Origin: Camelus ferus
Taxonomy: Eukaryota
NCBI RefSeq assembly: GCF_009834535.1
Contig: NC_045697.1
Location: 51,648,001 to 51,712,000 of the forward strand
Length of the DNA: 64,000 nt
Reading direction: 5' to 3'
Shown here in pieces: positions 61,101-64,000 of this stretch (position 1 is the first letter of the stretch; the number at the start of each line of letters is the position of its first letter). The notes below the pieces were generated by a model that had not been told where the DNA came from, made no database searches, and was given only the letters and a program-made list of their open reading frames with translations. A program made the position numbers and the translations under genes.

Positions 61101-63711
61101 TGGTTGAGGGAAATGGCTCATGCTGGGAGCGGGCGTGGTGTTGGTTTAGAATCAGGGAAACCTGGACTCCACTTTCAGTTCTACTGCCTATCAGCCTTGT
61201 GACCTTCAACAAGTTATTTAACCTTTTGGAAGTCTTTTTCCTTCCGTGAAGTGGGGAAAGTAATGCTTGTTAGGTCAAGGCCTTACCAGAATGTTGATGC
61301 GTCTTTCACACAGCCTAGCTCTAGGAAGTTGCTGATTGTTGCTACAATCCCTTTCTTTCTTTTTCCATTTATTATAATTACTTGTCCTTAATATTTTCAT
61401 AATTAGTAATAATGACGATGAGGATTAAGTTTGCAAAATAAAAAAGGCTGCAGTTATCTAACTCAGCCTGTGACCTGACTTATGGAAAACACAGTCTCCT
61501 GTGAAGTGAATACTTTGGGGGAAAATCCTGTAATTTTCAGATCACTTTCTCCACCTGATACAGGGCTCCTTTAGCATCCTCTTCTCTGAGGGATGCTCTG
61601 ATCTGTGCTCTCCTGAAGACTCTTAAGGATGGGAGACTCACTCCTTTCCATCTTCTTTATATACATATACAGCTCTGCCATGTAGAAAGTTCTTGCTTAG
61701 ATTCTATTTAGAAATATAAAGTGAAAATATCTTGTTCCGTGTATTAGCATCTTCAGAGTTGATAAAGGTGATGGTAACTGTGATTGACCTCTTACTGTTG
61801 TTATTATTATAATACTTCAGTTTTATACAGTTGACCACTCAGTCATTCAGTGCATGTATGTACACAGCACACTACTCCTGCTTTAGAAACATTTCCCTTT
61901 GGTGGTGTGGTATAGCCATGGATGGAATGGAATTAATGAGGCATAAGTCATAATTTTAACATCTCTCTCAGGCCTTTCGTTTTGCTCAGATATTTTAAAT
62001 TATGAATCTCAGAATGAGACATTTTGGGGATAAAGAGTTTGGTGGCATTAGGTGGTATATACTGTTGCTCAGGGTCTGATTTTCTTTTCTTGTTTCTTTC
62101 ATATCTCCTATTTGGTGATGTTAGTTAATATGCTATGCTATCTTATATCTATTTTTTTCCAGTCTAGAATCTTCCATTAAAAAAAAAAAGCATACAGCAG
62201 AGAGGATGCATTATTTACAGGTCTATGGAGGCAATTGGGATTGGGGGTGGAGATAAAGGTGGCATGGTGGGTCCCTAGCTTCAACTACCAGAAAATGCAT
62301 TTTTGAACTAAAATGGCATATAAAAGTAGGCTTTTGGGGGTCCTGGTGAGTTTTTTGACTAGCTGATAGAACTTTCCAATCCCAATTTAAAACATATGAG
62401 ATTTCTGGAAGGCCTGCTTCTGTCCGGTGGTGTCCTTCAATATGGAAGATCTTTATAGATTGAGAGGGCTGTGCTGTTAGAAGCTTGGGTGTCATGTGAA
62501 TATAGCGGGACCCAGTCTGAGCAAGTAAGCCCAAAAGAAAATGAAGAACAGCACTTAGAGAGAGATTCTGCAAATGTTAGCAACCCAAACACAGTGGGAA
62601 ACGTTTTATTTAGCATTATCTGTGAAATGTGATGCTTTCTAACATAGTGATTGGAATCTTGGGGTAGTACTTCCTTTGGGCTTGCAGGATATTTGATCTT
62701 GCTTATAGGGTGCCAATATGTCATGCTTTCCTGCCTGGCTTCATATAGTCCTTTATTTTGCATACCTGGCTCTGAGGATGGTATTAACTGGCTGCCAGGA
62801 CAAGAAAACAGACCAAGCATAGTGATGTGGGCCCAGATAAAATTAAGTCACCGTGAGAGCTCTGTTTCTATTTGGTCAGCTGCACATCATTGTCACATTT
62901 GGCTTGAACTATGGTACCACACCAAGACCTAGCATAATGGTGGGGGAGGTCTCCAGAAACCTAGTATATTGGCCCTAGACCCTAACCATTAAACTAAAAA
63001 TTTTAGGGAGAGTTTTTTTTTTGTTTTTTTTGTTTTTTTTTTTTATGTGCTATGCTTGGAAACATTTTAGAAACATGTTAACCTATGAAGATGTTTAAAT
63101 TAAATTTGGGCTGTACTCATGAAACTACCTTGTTATCTTCCCCATGCTTAAAAATTAGGGGTTTGAATTAGATCTGTGATTTTTTTGTTGTTGTTCTACC
63201 TGTTGGATCTTATGTTTTGAAATATTTTGTAAACCAGATAAATGATTTATCAAGTAATTAATCATTTAACCTATCTATTAATAATCAAAAAATAATAATA
63301 CAAAATTGTGCTGGTCTAAGTCCCCAGTGAGTACAAATTACTCTCCCTCTGTACTGGTTGATGATCTTTTCTAATAAAAAGATTAAATTGTTCATTGACC
63401 TGTACTGTTCTGTTCAGCCTTATGACGTAGAGACAGTCATTCACAGATCTGCATTGCTGCCTCCACTGGTCCCTAGGAGCCCAGCGACTTAAAATTAGGA
63501 AACTGCTGACTATAAGCTTCCTGAGATTCCTTCTGGAACTGTTGTTCTTTGACTCTGTAACTAAGTTTGTGTTCTGTTTATCCTTACGGACAGTGCAGTC
63601 CTGGCCCAAGGGAGAAATCAAAACATCACACTAACCATTATTCATTAATCCTAGTTTGGAGTGGAAATTGCATGTGTATTACCTTTGAGATATGATTACT
63701 TTCTAATAATG

Positions 63712-63988
<277 letters not shown>

Positions 63989-64000
63989 GTTTATTTTTAA

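Overview
This window is AT-rich mammalian genomic DNA, probably from a camelid (inferred from two vic-1-like tRNA-derived SINEs). It contains the 5' end of ADAMTS3 on the + strand. The gene has a CpG-island promoter at about 31.3-33.4 kb and three coding exons: 32424-32492, a 28-nt microexon at 33778-33805, and 51716-52122. Spliced, they encode the first 168 aa (signal peptide plus prodomain), and the gene continues past the right edge. The 31 kb upstream is dense in transposable elements: young and old LINE-1 pieces with identifiable target-site duplications (TSDs), a 5'-inverted L1, nested insertions, solo LTRs, MaLR, DNA-transposon fossils and a 29-nt U6 retrocopy. Nearly all ORFs in the supplied track are repeat-derived, microsatellite-derived or GC-rich chance ORFs. 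I found no evidence of a novel gene system. The best leads are regulatory or splicing hypotheses at ADAMTS3: an in-frame alternative acceptor, a microexon whose skipping creates an immediate stop, a uORF, two UPRE/CREB3-type motifs, and an overlapping palindrome/G-quadruplex. Gene and repeat-family names come from recognition, not from a database search.
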